64,000 bases of DNA from Lama glama (taxonomy: Eukaryota): positions 13,890,001-13,954,000 of the forward strand of contig CM052817.1 in the NCBI GenBank assembly GCA_028534125.1, given 5' to 3'. Shown here in pieces: positions 25,440 through 38,666 of the stretch; position 1 is the first letter of the stretch, and the number at the start of each line of letters is the position of its first letter. The notes under the pieces were generated by a model. It was not told the origin of the DNA, made no database searches, and saw only the letters and a list, made by a program, of their open reading frames with translations. The position numbers were made by a program, and so were the translations under genes.

Positions 25440-25720
25440 TAGCGGAGGCCAGAAGTGGCAGCCAGATAAAGTCGGGCCTGTCGGAATTATCGGCTTCCTC
25501 GTTATCACTCTCACACAGAGACAGCCACGCTTGAAGTAACACGCAGATCGCCCGAAGACCCGGGAGGTCACCAGGAAGGTCCCGAGGAAACAGGACTCAC
25601 GCCAGCGATGGCTCGTCGGTCGCCCCGGGACCAGCGCGCCCGCGCAGCCAGTGGCTTTGTTGGGCTGGTCAGTTGCCTTGGAAACGGAAACTAACCAGGG
25701 GCTGGACTCCCGCTGCAGAC
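25440..25720 (-). promoter_or_regulatory. KCNIP4: CpG-rich promoter region of the KChIP4a transcript
   Basis: About 23 CpGs counted in ~275 bp, in an otherwise CpG-depleted window. Lies immediately 5' of the first coding exon. Confidence 0.75.
25672..25685. promoter_or_regulatory. RFX X-box motif
   Basis: GTTGCCTTGGAAAC, close to the palindromic X-box GTTGCCATGGCAAC, inside the CpG-rich promoter. Confidence 0.6.
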
Positions 25721-26499
25721 AGAGACCAGAGCACTGCATCTTGAAACAAGAAAAACCTGAAAATGCACAGAGGCAAAGTGACAGCTTAGAATCAGCTGCT
25801 TCAGAAACCCTGTTTACTAGTCACGGAAAGCAGTGTGCGTTTTGTCCCAACTAGCTGAGTGCAGAGAGAAATGAGGCTTAAGGGAGTCATTCAATATTGC
25901 CTTTCGTTTTTCAATCAGTTGCTTTATCCTAGGGCTCTGTGTGAGTCACTGTGAACTAATACTCTGGTTTGCATAGTAACTATCACACTGTTTCAAAGCA
26001 TGGGTATGATAAACTAGTAAGTACTCTTAATATTTGTAAATTTTAGAGTTGAGCAGTTACCTTATGCATTAGATCAATGCCATTCAGCGCGTGCGTGCGT
26101 GTGTGTGTGTGTATTTCATTGTGTACCTCCTATGCTTGTTTGTTTTCAATTGATTTGAGTAAATTTGGAGCCAGAGAAAGTTTGAGAAGAGGAAGAAAAG
26201 TCAATCAGAAACAAAACCTGTTTGGAGTTTCTGTCTCTAACTTGCACAACAAATCCATGTTTATGTTTCCCCCATTACTGACCAAGTAGCTCAGACCCAT
26301 GTCAAAATACAAGGTTTAAAAAACACAAGAGTTAGAAAGCAACCCAAATCAAGAACTCAGAAAACCAAGAAACCCAAATCAAGTCACCTATTTCAGAGAC
26401 AAGCAAACTGAGGATCAAGGAAGAGGAAGAACGATCAGGCAAAGACAGAACAGGGTAGTATGCAGGCATTCTTAACTCCTGGTGGCTTTCGAAGCAATA

Positions 26500-26712
26500 C
26501 TGAGCAGTGGTTTGGAGGATGGACTCCAGAGCCTGACTGCCGGGATTCAAGTCTGACCTCTTACTAGCTGTGTGACCTTGGGTAAGTTATTTAACATCTC
26601 CATGCCTTAATGTCCTCATCTGTGAAAAGGGGCATGGTAATACCCCTGAGCTCAGTGGACTGTTGAGGGAATTCATGAACAGTACTTTCAGAACAGAGTA
26701 AGTGCTCAGTCG
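26500..26712 (+). mobile_element. MIR SINE
   Basis: ttactagctgtgtgaccttgggtaagttatttaacatctccatgcctt...cctcatctgtgaaaaggg. Confidence 0.85.
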
Positions 26713-27901
26713 CTACCAGCTCCTGTCTCTATCACAGGTCCCTCCATGCTCTATGCATATCACACAGAGTTGCCAGGGCAATCATTTTGAGATGCAACCC
26801 TTATCTTATCATACCCTTAATGGAAAAAGCTTCCATGGCTCCCTATCTGCCTACTGAATACAGCCCAAGATCCTTGGAATAGCATCGTGGTCTCAACATG
26901 ATCTGGTACCAGCTTGAGGACTGCACGTCAGCCCTACATCTGTTCATCCAGTCTACCTGACAGCTCACAGTCCTTCCAAACTCATCCTGAGCTTCTCCAT
27001 CGCCAAGCTCTGTTCAAAAACACTGCATGTATTTGGAAAACTCCTTCCACACCAATTCTGCCTTTCAAACTCCTAAAACTCTTCCACAAAACTTCTCCAA
27101 GCAGAATTAGAGGAAATCTCTCCCATTTTGGGTGATTTTAGAGGACTTTAAAAAAATCTTAGAATATATTATCTTACAGCCACTTGGGAGCACATCTTTA
27201 CAACTTAAGGGTATGTTTCCAGAGGGAAGAAATCATATCTTTCTTACATTTAAGCTTCCTACATGCCTCCATGGAGGGCTCATCATGCTTCATAGATGTA
27301 TGGAATAGATATTTGTTGGATAACAATAGTCAGCATTAATTATGTAATTGCCACATACTGCATGCTTTACATCCTTGCTTCTCCCTCTCAGTCACTCTGA
27401 AAATATGTATAACTACGTAAGATTTACAGAGAAACACTAAGCCTCAGAGAGCTTAAATAGCAGGCTCAAGATCACGCCACTATTGAGTGATGGGACCAAG
27501 ATTCAAACTCTGATTTGTTCAACACAAAGCCCATTATTTCTGTCCATTATTCCACACAACTTTCAATGAATTAAAAACTCAAGCATTGGGACAAGTACTT
27601 GTCAGCCAGGAATGAAGGCTACACCCAAAATGAGCTTCACAAACTGTTTTGCAACATTCTAATTAATCCATTAACTCCTTGTAACTTTGCAACATGAGAA
27701 GTTTCCAAACTAGTAGTTAACTAAATTCATGGATCTTCCTTCCTGCTCATTCACAGGATTATTATAATTTAAACACACATAGCCTGTGGTTCCTAGATGG
27801 GATTTTTCTACCCCTGGGAACTCAATATAGCCCTTTGATTTGCTCCATAAATGAAAATCAGTAATTAGCGTTTTTGTGTTCACATTTAAAATTGATGTCC
27901 T

Positions 27902-29084
27902 GGTAACAAAAGCAAAGATAAACAAGTGGGACTACACAATTTAAAAAGCGTCTGCACAGCCAAAAAAAATCAACAAAATAAAAAAGGCAATCTGTGGAAT
28001 GGGAGAAAATATTTGCAAACCATGTATCTGGTAAGGGGGTAATATTCAAAATATATAAGGAACTCATACAACTGAGTAGTAAAAAAAGACAAATAACTTG
28101 ATTTCAAAATGGCCAAAGGTCCCAAATAGACACTTTCCCAAAAAAGACATACAGGGTCAACAGATTATGGAAGTTGCTCAACATCATTAATCATCAGGGA
28201 AATGCAAATTGAAACCTCAACGAGGTATCACTTCACACTTGTTAAGATTGCTATACTGAAAAAGATAAAAGATGAGTATTGGCTAGAATGATAAGAAAGG
28301 GGAATTTTGTGCACTGTTGGTGGTGGGAATGTAATTGGGACCATCATTAGGGGAAACATAAGATTTCTCAAAAAATTAAAAAAGAATTACCACATAATTC
28401 ATCAACCTCTCTTCTTGGTATATATTCAAAGGAAATGAAATCAGGACTTTGAAGAGATACCTGCTCTCTCATGTTCGTTGCATTATTATTTACAATAGCC
28501 AAGACACAGAAACAACCTAAGTGTCTGTCAATGGGAAAACGGATAAAGAAATTGTTATACACACACACACACACACACGAACATTATTCTACCTTGAAAA
28601 ATAAGGTATCCTGCCATTAGTGACAACATGGATGAATCTGGAGGACATTATACTAAGTGAAAAGAGTCAGACACAGAAAGAAAAATACTACATGATCTCA
28701 CTTATATAAGTGGAATCTAAAAACACTGAATTCACAGAAGCAGAGAGTAGAATGGTGGTTATCAGGGGTGGGGAGGTGGGGCAAATGAGTAAATACTGGT
28801 CAAAGAGTACAAAGCTGCAGTTACATAGGATGAATAAATTCTAGCAATTTAAAAACTTGATATACATCATGATGACTATAGTTAGTAATATGGTACTGTA
28901 TACTTGAAATTTGCTAACAGAGTAGATTGCTGGTGCTCTCAGGACAAAAAAAGGTAACTCTGTAAGGAGATAAATACGTTAATTAGCTTGACTATAGTCA
29001 TCATTTCACTATGTACATATATATTAAAATATTGTATTGTACACCATAAATATATACAATTTTTATTAGAATAAATAAAATAAA
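27902..29084 (+). mobile_element. 5'-truncated L1 (L1MA8/9-like): ORF2 C-terminal remnant, 3' UTR and A-tail
   Basis: gaatgggagaaaatatttgcaaaccatgtatctg, atcatcagggaaatgcaaattgaaacc, catggatgaatctggaggacattatactaagtgaaa; ends aataaataaaataaa; contains an internal (CA)n at ~28558-28578. Confidence 0.92.
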
Positions 29085-29229
29085 CTAGATGCTCTTGGAC
29101 TAGACCTGCGTGTGAAAAGTGCCAGAATAAGGATCTTTCTACTCGATCTAGATGCCACGGTTTCACGGTTATGGGTTCATCTGGAGCCGAATTGTCCTTC
29201 CAAGTGCCTGTGGGGTTTCCTCTCAGACT

Positions 29230-29622
29230 GGTCACCCCATAAGCTCAGGCCTTTGCCCCGGTGGTTCTGTCTACTGGAATGCTTATTCCCAGAGTGCTCA
29301 TGAATAAGTGACTTGATTCAGGTTTTGGCTCTCAAGCCCCATCACAGAGAGGCCCTCGCTGCCTGCACCACGTGGGAAAACCAGCACGCTGTCCCCCTGG
29401 CCCTAGACTCACTGCTTTCTGAATGAGTGCTATTTTTCCTCCAAAGCACTGTCACCACTTGATATGTATATTTGTTTGCTTATTAATATAATATCTCCTC
29501 CTTCTCAGATATAACCTCCTGCCTGTGAAGGCAGAGATTTTTATCCATCTTGCTTGCTGGGATAGCCTTGAACTTAGAGTAGTGCCTGGCACATAAGAGG
29601 TAGTGACAAGCTGTTGAATGAA
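29230..29622 (+). mobile_element. L2 3' fragment
   Basis: gtgaaggcagagatttttatccatcttgc...agtgcctggcacataagagg...tgttgaatgaat. Confidence 0.7.
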
Positions 29623-30129
29623 TAATGTAACTGATTTTCTCACTTCCCTAAAAGCCACCTGCTTCCTCACTGATCTTCCAAGGCCCCATTCCCTGTCATC
29701 CAGAGGCCAAGTCTGCCTGCAGAGCCCCGTGAGGTTTCTGTACACTCTCTCAGGACGCTACCACTGCACAGTGCCAGTGTTCCTAGTAACTTTCTTAAGG
29801 GGAGCCATGAGCCTGCACACTGAACTGTCTTGGCCATGTCCTTTTCTCACTGTTTAATGTAAGATCCTAGTTCCTGATGAGTGACCATGGAAAGCAATAC
29901 AAGGAAGGCATCCCAGGAGGTCCCCCGTCCAACGTACCTGAGCACCACCGGTATGGACGGTGAGAATTCCCTGGCACGGGGTCCACTCCCACCCTTTGAT
30001 GTCAGCTGGAAGAGCACTGATGCATTCTAGACAGGGAGTGTGGCCCTGTCAACAACTGTGAGCTTTGAGTCAGAGCTTGAATTCAGACTAAAGCATTGCT
30101 CCAATGTCCTTTTCTCCTAATAGAGCCTG

Positions 30130-30629
30130 NNNNNNNNNNNNNNNNNNNNNNNNNNNNNNNNNNNNNNNNNNNNNNNNNNNNNNNNNNNNNNNNNNNNNNN
30201 NNNNNNNNNNNNNNNNNNNNNNNNNNNNNNNNNNNNNNNNNNNNNNNNNNNNNNNNNNNNNNNNNNNNNNNNNNNNNNNNNNNNNNNNNNNNNNNNNNNN
30301 NNNNNNNNNNNNNNNNNNNNNNNNNNNNNNNNNNNNNNNNNNNNNNNNNNNNNNNNNNNNNNNNNNNNNNNNNNNNNNNNNNNNNNNNNNNNNNNNNNNN
30401 NNNNNNNNNNNNNNNNNNNNNNNNNNNNNNNNNNNNNNNNNNNNNNNNNNNNNNNNNNNNNNNNNNNNNNNNNNNNNNNNNNNNNNNNNNNNNNNNNNNN
30501 NNNNNNNNNNNNNNNNNNNNNNNNNNNNNNNNNNNNNNNNNNNNNNNNNNNNNNNNNNNNNNNNNNNNNNNNNNNNNNNNNNNNNNNNNNNNNNNNNNNN
30601 NNNNNNNNNNNNNNNNNNNNNNNNNNNNN
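30130..30629. other. Assembly gap (500 N)
   Basis: Run of N. Confidence 1.
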
Positions 30630-30941
30630 AACAACAACAAAAAAGCATAAATACAAAACAGAAATAGACTCATAGATATAGAATACAAACTTGTGGTTGC
30701 CAAGGGGGCAGAGGGTGGGAAGGGATAGACGGGATTTCAAAATTGTAGAACAGATAAACAAGATCATACTGTATAGCACAGGGAAATATACACAAAATCT
30801 TATGGTAGCTCACAGAGAAAAAAATGTGGCAATGAATATATATATGTCCATGTATAACTGAAAAATTGTGCTGAATGCTGGAATTTGACACAACATTGTA
30901 AAATGATTATAAATCAATAAAAAATGTTAAAAAAAAAAAAA
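30630..30941 (+). mobile_element. Young lineage-specific L1 3' end with poly(A) (camelid-like); 5' part lost in the gap
   Basis: gaaatagactcatagatatagaatacaaacttgtggttgccaaggggg...actgtatagcacagggaaatata...caacattgtaaaatgattataaatcaataaaaaatgttaaaaaaaaaaaaa. Confidence 0.85.
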
Positions 30942-31939
30942 GATGTTCATTCTCATCCTACAGATGAAGAAGTGGAGGCTTGGGAGGAGTTAGTAAACTG
31001 CCCCAAGTCCCAAAGCATCAGAAGCCGGCCAGGCTGACAGCAGTACACTGACTGTCAGGATAGTCCTGTGTACTGGGCTTGACAGTGGCCAAGTATACAC
31101 TCAGCACTTGATAAATGCTTTCCTTCACTAACATATAAACTCCATAGGGATAACTGACCCACACTTTACTGTGATTTTTTAAAAGAGTGTTTACTCATTC
31201 TGGATTGATGATGCTATTTTAGACACAGGAAAGTTCTGTGCCCCTGCCCTGGGGTTGGGGGTGGGGGAAGGGAAGAGCATGAGGTGGTGGTGAAAGAAAG
31301 GGCTTGTTGCTGTTTTTGTTTGCCAAAAGCGTTCTCTCAAGAAGCTAATGGGGGGGACAGAGGCAGATCCAGGCCTCTGTTTAAAAGGAGGATCAACAAA
31401 GCAACGCTGAGTAGTCACTCAGCTTCTGCTGCAGCTGGAAGGCTTCCCTGGCCCGTCCCCAAGAAAAGGAGCACACTTAATTAGAGACTCCCTTACCCTC
31501 GCACTTCAGAGCGTATCCCTAAAGTGCTGTTTATCCAAAATCACCATCATTTCGGCTTCATGTTCAGCAATGTGGCTTTTGGAAGGAAAACAATGTTCCC
31601 CTCCCAAATGAGAGATGAGCCGCCCTTCGATGGCTGAGGCAGGGAACAAAGGGGCTCTAGTCATTCCTGTCTGTGTCTTTTGGTTCCAATTTGGGGATGG
31701 TATTAAACGGGGTTGGGACAGAGGAAGAGCTTTCTCTACAGCCTAGTCTTAGAGCCTCATTTAGTTGGTCTGGTCAAAAATTAAACTTCATTCCATTTAT
31801 TTCTGATTATTCATCATTTATTTACTTGTTAGATTTATGGTTCAGGTAGACTACAAGGTAGTATGGGTAATAACATTCCTATTTCCATTCTTTGAAAAGC
31901 TTAAAATTTATGAAAACAAAATTTAGATGACAGTAGCTA

Positions 31940-32150
31940 ATATTTTTAGCCTAATCATTATTTGACAGATTAGTGAACTAAACACTTTATATGGATTCTT
32001 TTACCGCATCCTCACATAAACCCTGTGAGGTAGGGGTCATTATCTCCACTGTACAAGGTAAAATTGAGGAGCAGAGGGCTTGGCAGATTACATCAGGAAA
32101 TATCCAACCCAGGAAGTAAACCCAGGTCTGATTCCAGAAATCATGATTAG
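31940..32150 (-). mobile_element. MIR SINE
   Basis: catcctcacataaaccctgtgaggtaggggtcattatctccactgtac...aaacccaggtctgattcca. Confidence 0.75.
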
Positions 32151-33397
32151 AGAGTGTTCAGAGCAATTGCCAAATGCAGTTGCAAACTACCACCATGCAC
32201 AGCAACCCTGATGAAAGCCTTGAAGGAAGTATGGAAAGAACCAGGAGAGCGGCAGACCCCGCTTAGGCTTGAGCGGCAGTGGGAGGGAGGGGAATGGAAC
32301 CAAGATCAACTTCAGCGCGCTGGGCTTGTCCAACGCAAATCTTTGGTGGCTATTTTTCATAGCAAGGGCAGTCTGCATTACAGGACCAGTGAGGAATTAA
32401 ACTAGTCTTGCCAGAGAATTCAACCAGAGCCTGAAAAATACTCAAAGCCAGCCAAGCTACTTGCCCTGATGCTCCCATGAAGTCCCTTCCCTCAGTTCTC
32501 AGGCCATATCCACTGTGATACGCCAACTGAGCATCAGTTGCCTGTCTCATCTAACTCCTTCCTCTCTTTTGGCAGCTACTCAAAGAAGAGAAGCCTGGCT
32601 AAATCCTACGACTAAGTAGGATATCTGTCCCTTTAAAATGACCTGAAACAAAATTAAGCAGCAAGGCCTCAAATGAGAAATGTATTTCAATAATGTGAAG
32701 AAAGAATGACCCACACTCAAAGAAGCATCAGGATAATACAGAAGTGAGGAGCATGCTTCTCGTTCAAATCCCCGTTCTGCTATATTAGAGCTTCCTGACT
32801 TTGGGCAAGTTGCTGAGATGATTCATGCAAAGCACTTAAGAGCAGAGACTGTCACGTTGTAAATGCTCAGTAAAGGGTATATATTATTGTAATTACTCCT
32901 TGAGCCCATTGCTATACATCAAGGCTGTTCTAATTGCTTTACATGAATTATCTCAATAAATTCAAAGAACAACTCAATTAGCTAAACACTATTATTACTC
33001 CCAGTCACCACGCGGATAGAAAGGAGTAGGGTATCTGCAGTTGAGTTTGGATCTAAAGAAACACATTGCTCATACCCATCCATCAAGTTTACCACCATCA
33101 TCAATACAAGTGATGTGAGAATAATTTATTCATAATGACAACTTTTAAATTGCTCTTCTTACGAAAAATGGAAATCTAGATATCCCTGTTGCAAAGAAAA
33201 AAAAATGTAACCTTCCTGAGCACTGGTTTTCAAGAACATCATAGTCACTTTCCATTCTGGAACACTCCACAGAGTGAACAGATACAATGAGGTGTTGGTG
33301 TAGCATCAGAATATACGTTCTACCCAGGTTCCACTGGGTTTTCTGAGTCCTGTTATCTGCTGAGGAAGTTCATCTTCAAGGACATGTTCCATGGTTC

Positions 33398-33426
33398 CAT
33401 CAGCCTCATCAGCCTCATCAGCCTCA
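33398..33426. repeat. Tandem 9-mer (CATCAGCCT) x3
   Basis: catcagcctcatcagcctcatcagcctca. Confidence 0.85.
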
Positions 33427-33721
33427 CCTATGCATCACACTCACATTCCATGACTAGACAATTCCCTGGATGGTAAGGGACCAACACTGCAACAGGCTTC
33501 ACCAGGCAACCGTGTCCTCAGGATAAACAGCAAAGGCAAGTGCTCAGTGGGCGAAGGTAGTTAAACAGAGGAATAACAGACAGTGACTCAGACATACTTT
33601 GAAATTGTATTTTAGCGCATCCTTACAGGATTGAAGATAAATGGGAAGAATTGTAAATAGTAGCAATATTATCCAGCACTGGCAAGAGAGAACAGAGAAT
33701 TGTTATACATATATATTAACT

Positions 33722-33889
33722 GCTGGTGCTCAAACTTTAGACAGTATCAGAATTATCTTCAGATCTTCAAAGTGAGTTCTCAGACTTTCCCTAGAGGTCT
33801 TGGGTAGAGCTCATGAATCTCTATTTTTACCAAACATTCTAATGATTCTAACGCAGGACTTCTCTGGACCACACCATAAGAAACACTGC
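33722..33889. mobile_element. MER5-type hAT-Charlie DNA transposon
   Basis: gtgctcaaacttt...atcagaattatc...tgattcta...ggaccacaccataagaaacactg termini. Confidence 0.7.
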
Positions 33890-35289
33890 ATTAATCTGCT
33901 CCAGCACTCTCACCCAGTAAGTAGCATGGCCTCCAGGGAGACATTTCCCCAGCTTATTAAAAACTAGCCAAGGGTCACACATTTTACAAACTCGACATGC
34001 TTAAGAATAGATTGGGGCTTCATCAGTTTCTCAAACTTCTCTAGAAAATTTTTCTCTTCTACTAGGAGTAAGGTATTTTTAAGTCATTTGTGAATAGATA
34101 CAAGTTTCCATTCCATGTTGTCAAAGTATTTTTGATGATTCATTCCCTGCATGCATCACAACTTTCTTTCACCAGGGAGCTCCAGATGCAAACCTAAATG
34201 GAGGCAAGATTGTAAACCACCCCACACGTCTCTGCATCACTACACGTCCTGGCTCCCATCGTGGATCTCCAGCATCCTCCTTTTGGCTCCAAATGTAATC
34301 ACTTAAGTGAGGGATGATGCTAATAGGCAGCCATCTAAATAAGCAAGCAAAGTGAAATAAATACAACTGATGGATGTCAATGTTTGGAAGTGTGAAGCTG
34401 ATTTATATAAAGTAGACATTTCAGTTTGAGATCTAATAAAAAACAAAACAGCAGCCACAAGGAGACTTTTTCCATTACTCTGCTGGGGATAATCTTTATC
34501 TAAATCAATACTAAAAGTAACAAAAGACACAAAGTTGTCTGAAGCATAATTCATTTATTATGAAGTTATGTAAGACTCAAATAATTGAAACAGGATTATT
34601 TATGTGATCATTAGACCCAGGGTAATTTCTACAGATTTTTAGGCTTGCTTAAGGGAAATCTTAGTTCCAGATACATATTTAGCCAGATTTCATTACAAAT
34701 ATCATTTCTTCCAACCAATTATTCGTCATCACAGTTGACATGCTGTTGTACTTCCTCACTGTAACAGAGTATAAAAATTGTTTATTCTTTTATTTTATTG
34801 CACCAAAGAAATACAAGATATGAAAAGTAATACACAGCAATCCCTTGGTAATTACTCATTCTACTTATATGTTGTTGCTTAATTACTAACAACTCTAACT
34901 TAATCACTTTTTAATAACCTTGCTTTTCAACAGGAATATATCAACTATAATAGCCATGATATTTACATCATGCTAGAATCAATTTTGCATACTAATTAAG
35001 CTTATGTTTTATACGAAGCACACATTAAGACTTTTTAGTAGGACCACACTGAAAAGAAAAGTGGTCATCAACACAGTGGAAATGTAACTAATTAAGTAAC
35101 ACAAAGTGGCCTCAAAGAGTTAAAAAGATTAACTTTTATACATAATTGAGGGCATGCTATGTTAACTTTTTAGAGACAGCCATGAATAGCTTAAAACTTT
35201 TTTGAAAGTTCATCAAAACAAGCCAGTCCAACATGACCTGCTGGTTGATAACTGAGGATGGCACCAATCTGAACTGTGGCATTAGTATA

Positions 35290-35953
35290 TGTAGTAGTTT
35301 TCTGTTGCTGCATAGCAAATTATCACAACCTGAAGGGCTTACTTACAAAAACAGAAATTTAATATTTTGCAGTTTCCTTGGATGGAGAGTCTGGTTTGGG
35401 GTTAGCTGAAATCACAGTGCAGGCTGGGGCTGTGACCACATCTGAAGCACCGGGTCTGCTTCTGTGATCACCAGTTGCTCACAGAACTCATTTCCTTCTT
35501 GGTTGTATAAATGAGGTCCCTATTTTCTTGTTAGCTCTTGGACAGGGACCATTCTCAGTTCCTAGAAGCTGTTTTTAGTTTCTTGTCCTCTCTAGAACAT
35601 GTTAATTTGCTCCTTCAATGCCAGTGGGAAAATCTCTCTCATGTTTCAAATCTCTCTGACCTCTTTTCAGGGATTACTTGATTAGGTCAGGCTCATCCAG
35701 GATAGTCTCCTTCGATGAACTCAAAGTCACCCTATTAGGAAACTTAATTACATCTGCAAAATCACTTCTGCTATATTCAGTCCCATAATTACGGTAGTGA
35801 TACCCATACCCCTACCATAGTTACACACCCTACTCAGATCCATAGCTATCGTAGTTACAGATCTTACTTAAAACACTCAAGGAAAAGGGGGTTGACAGGA
35901 CATATACATCAGGCTGTGGAATCTTGGGGCCGTCTTAGAATTCTGCTTTCCAC
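35290..35953 (-). mobile_element. MaLR solo LTR (MLT1E-like)
   Basis: Begins tgtagtagttttctgttgctgcatagcaaattatcac and ends ggaatcttggggccgtcttagaattctgctttccaca. Confidence 0.8.
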
Positions 35954-36859
35954 AGTGTATTTCCACTCTAACTGCTGAGTAGCATGCCAGGTGTCCTGTG
36001 GTTATGAGAGGTTGAAAGATAATTTTTATTTTATGATTTTTTTCAAACTAAATTTGAGAGGAGGCTCAGCAAAGAGCTACTAGGCATTTGGTTGCTGAAT
36101 GTACAGGAGTCAACAGATTTGAAATCCTGGAGTGGACGCAGTCCATCAGTCACTCACAGCAGCAAGAGGAGAAAATGGTTAGAAGAAGCCAGAGCTGCAC
36201 TGTGGTTGCCCCTCCGGCACTAGACTGCACATTGACCAGCTGGCTTCATCCACTGCAGTACAGAAAGCAGAGAGCACGATCTAGGAATGGGTGAGGAGTA
36301 GCACGCTTGGTGCCTTCCCACCATGGCTTCCAGATTGCATTCACTATAGAGTGGATATTTATACATTTTTTTCCTGCTTCTTATTGCAATAGCAACAGTG
36401 ACCTAGCTCTGTTCTCACTACGGTTATGGCCAATTTTATGAATATCTTTTTTACTCCCATCACAATAGATCACAGTGAAATCACTGCTTGGGTGCAAATC
36501 CTAATCTGACACTTTATCAGCTACACAACTTTGGGCAGATACCGTCTCTTAACCTTAGTTACCTCGTCTATAAAATACACTGAGCTGCTGCTGAGTTTGT
36601 GAGCTGAAATACTTAAAAACAAGTGGAGCAATCCATATCACCATCAAGTAAGAAGTAAAGAAAAGTTACTGTTTTTATTGTTATAATTAGAATGAGGAGG
36701 GTGTCATGATTCCTTTGCTCCCGAGGTTTACACACAATCTAGTGCCATATCTTGCCTATGGGATCCACTCAATATGTGCCTGTTAAAACTCTGTTAAGCC
36801 TGTCCTCCCCCTTCTGATGTACCCTCACAGTCTATGCTGTCGTTAGAGTGACAGGAACA

Positions 36860-37355
36860 TGACTTTCTCCATCTTCAGTTTTCAGTGGTATCTCACTGAC
36901 TCCCGAATGAAATTCCCAAACCATAGCAAGATTTACAAGGTTCCTCCCAACCCTCTGAGATCTCCAGCCTCATCTTCCAATAATCTGTCTTCAAGTCATG
37001 CTGAACTACTGCTGTAGCCAAAATACCAGGTTTATTCCTCCAGCTGCTTCTTTTTCCTTCTGAGAAATTCTTATCCATTATTTAAGAGTCAGCTTAAATG
37101 TTGTCACTTGGGTGGAGTCTTTCACAAGCCCCTTTCTTCCAACCAGAGAAGGCTGATCCCCTTCTTCTTTCTGCTTTGTACTTATCTCAGTTATTACCCT
37201 TTCAAGATTTATGAACTTGTTGGCCTATCTCCTTTATGAAACTATGAGTTCTTGAGAGGAGGAATCATAACTTATTTATTGTTCTAGCCTCAGTACTTAT
37301 CCATGTGCCTGGAATACATTAGTTGATCAGTAAGTGTTGCAGTAAGTGAAGGAGT
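36860..37355 (+). mobile_element. L2 3' fragment
   Basis: ctatgagttcttgagaggaggaatcat...gtgcctggaatacattagttgatcagtaagtgttg. Confidence 0.65.
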
Positions 37356-38666
37356 GAAGGAAGAGAGGAGGGGGAAAGGAAGATGCTAATGGCCTGCAAT
37401 CTGTAGGACACAAGGAGGATTTAAGTCAGATGTACAATCCTCCAACAACGAATAACCATTCCTAGAATCCCACCATCAGTGATTTCATTTTTCACATTAA
37501 GCACTTCAGGTGTCCTGAAAATAACTTAAATGGCATCAGTAACACCTTGGTGTGAAAGAGGTTTGTCCATCACTTGTCTGCAGGAAAAGTGGGACCACTG
37601 GCAACCTGGCAATTGGAAGCCTGATGATACCAATGCATAAAGAAGGAGATATTTTGAGAGCCAGTTTGTTAGTACCCAACAGAATAGCTAGTTGAACTGG
37701 AAAATCTGGAGTGATTCCAGGACAATCCAGAACATTTTAAGACAATCCAGTGGTTCTAAGACAATCAGTAATCTGCAAAATTGTGTCTTTCTTCCTATTT
37801 TCTATTAAGTTTTTACTGTATTGAACATCCCATTTTATATTTTTTGAAAACAGAGTTTAATAGCCACCACCCTGATTGTGAGTGATGCAAGCAATCAATT
37901 GGTGATTGATGCACACTGATGAATGCAGGCTTCTAAATTATTAAGCCAGGTTTTCAGTGGCCACCTTCTGCACTGGGAACAACTGGCTTAGGGTTTCACA
38001 TACTCCCTTTCTTTAGGGACCCAAACTGCCTGGCACTGTATTTTCACAGGTAACATCACTTTGTTCTCATGAGCCGCTCTAGCCTTCATATTTCTTGAAT
38101 GGCCAGCTACTCAGGAGATACTGGAAAGGTATTCAGTGTTCTAATGAGATGGAAATGCTTCTTACTAGCAAGAGGGAAAAACTGGCATCTGGTCTGGTGT
38201 ACAACATATTTCAAATTGTTTTTACAATATCTTGGATTTGATCACACTCTCAATTCACATGCCAACTGTTCCGTTTTCATAACTTTTAAGCCCTAATGAT
38301 TTTAACATAAAGCTAATCAACATATTTTCATTAATGAACATATAAATCATTTTGATTACTTAATATAAAATCATAACAATGTGTTTGTTACTCAGTGTCC
38401 AAAAAACAGTTTCAATCATTTTTCTATGACTCTCTTTCCTTTTGGGGAGGGGATACAATAAAATTCATGGAGGAAATCAGATGGGCAAATATGTATTTAT
38501 ATCAACTTTTTTTTTAAACAATTAGATCATTTCAACAAAATGGTAAATAAAAACATTCATTCCTATTATACACATAAAGTGACAAGATTTGACTAGAAAG
38601 AACAGAAAGCGTGTGTCTACGTGAGTATTTGCTGTCAGAATGTGTGTATTTAAATGGATCTTTTAC

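Noticed and set aside
25303..25854. ORFs over the CpG-rich promoter (79, 101 and 67 aa)
   Set aside because: Explained by GC-rich or CT-repeat composition; not continuous with the KCNIP4 frame and no recognisable homology
29939..29962. Possible non-canonical RE1/REST site (tgagcacc-N8-ggacgg)
   Set aside because: Both half-sites are mismatched. The TTCAGCACC half-sites at ~11646 and ~60712 lie in repeats and lack the second half.
12431..30779. Long poly-X ORFs at 12431-12952 and 30083-30779
   Set aside because: Artefacts of reading through the 500-N gaps
37718..37768. Three spaced gacaatc repeats, superficially array-like
   Set aside because: Too short and irregular; a decayed local tandem duplication, not a CRISPR-like or other array
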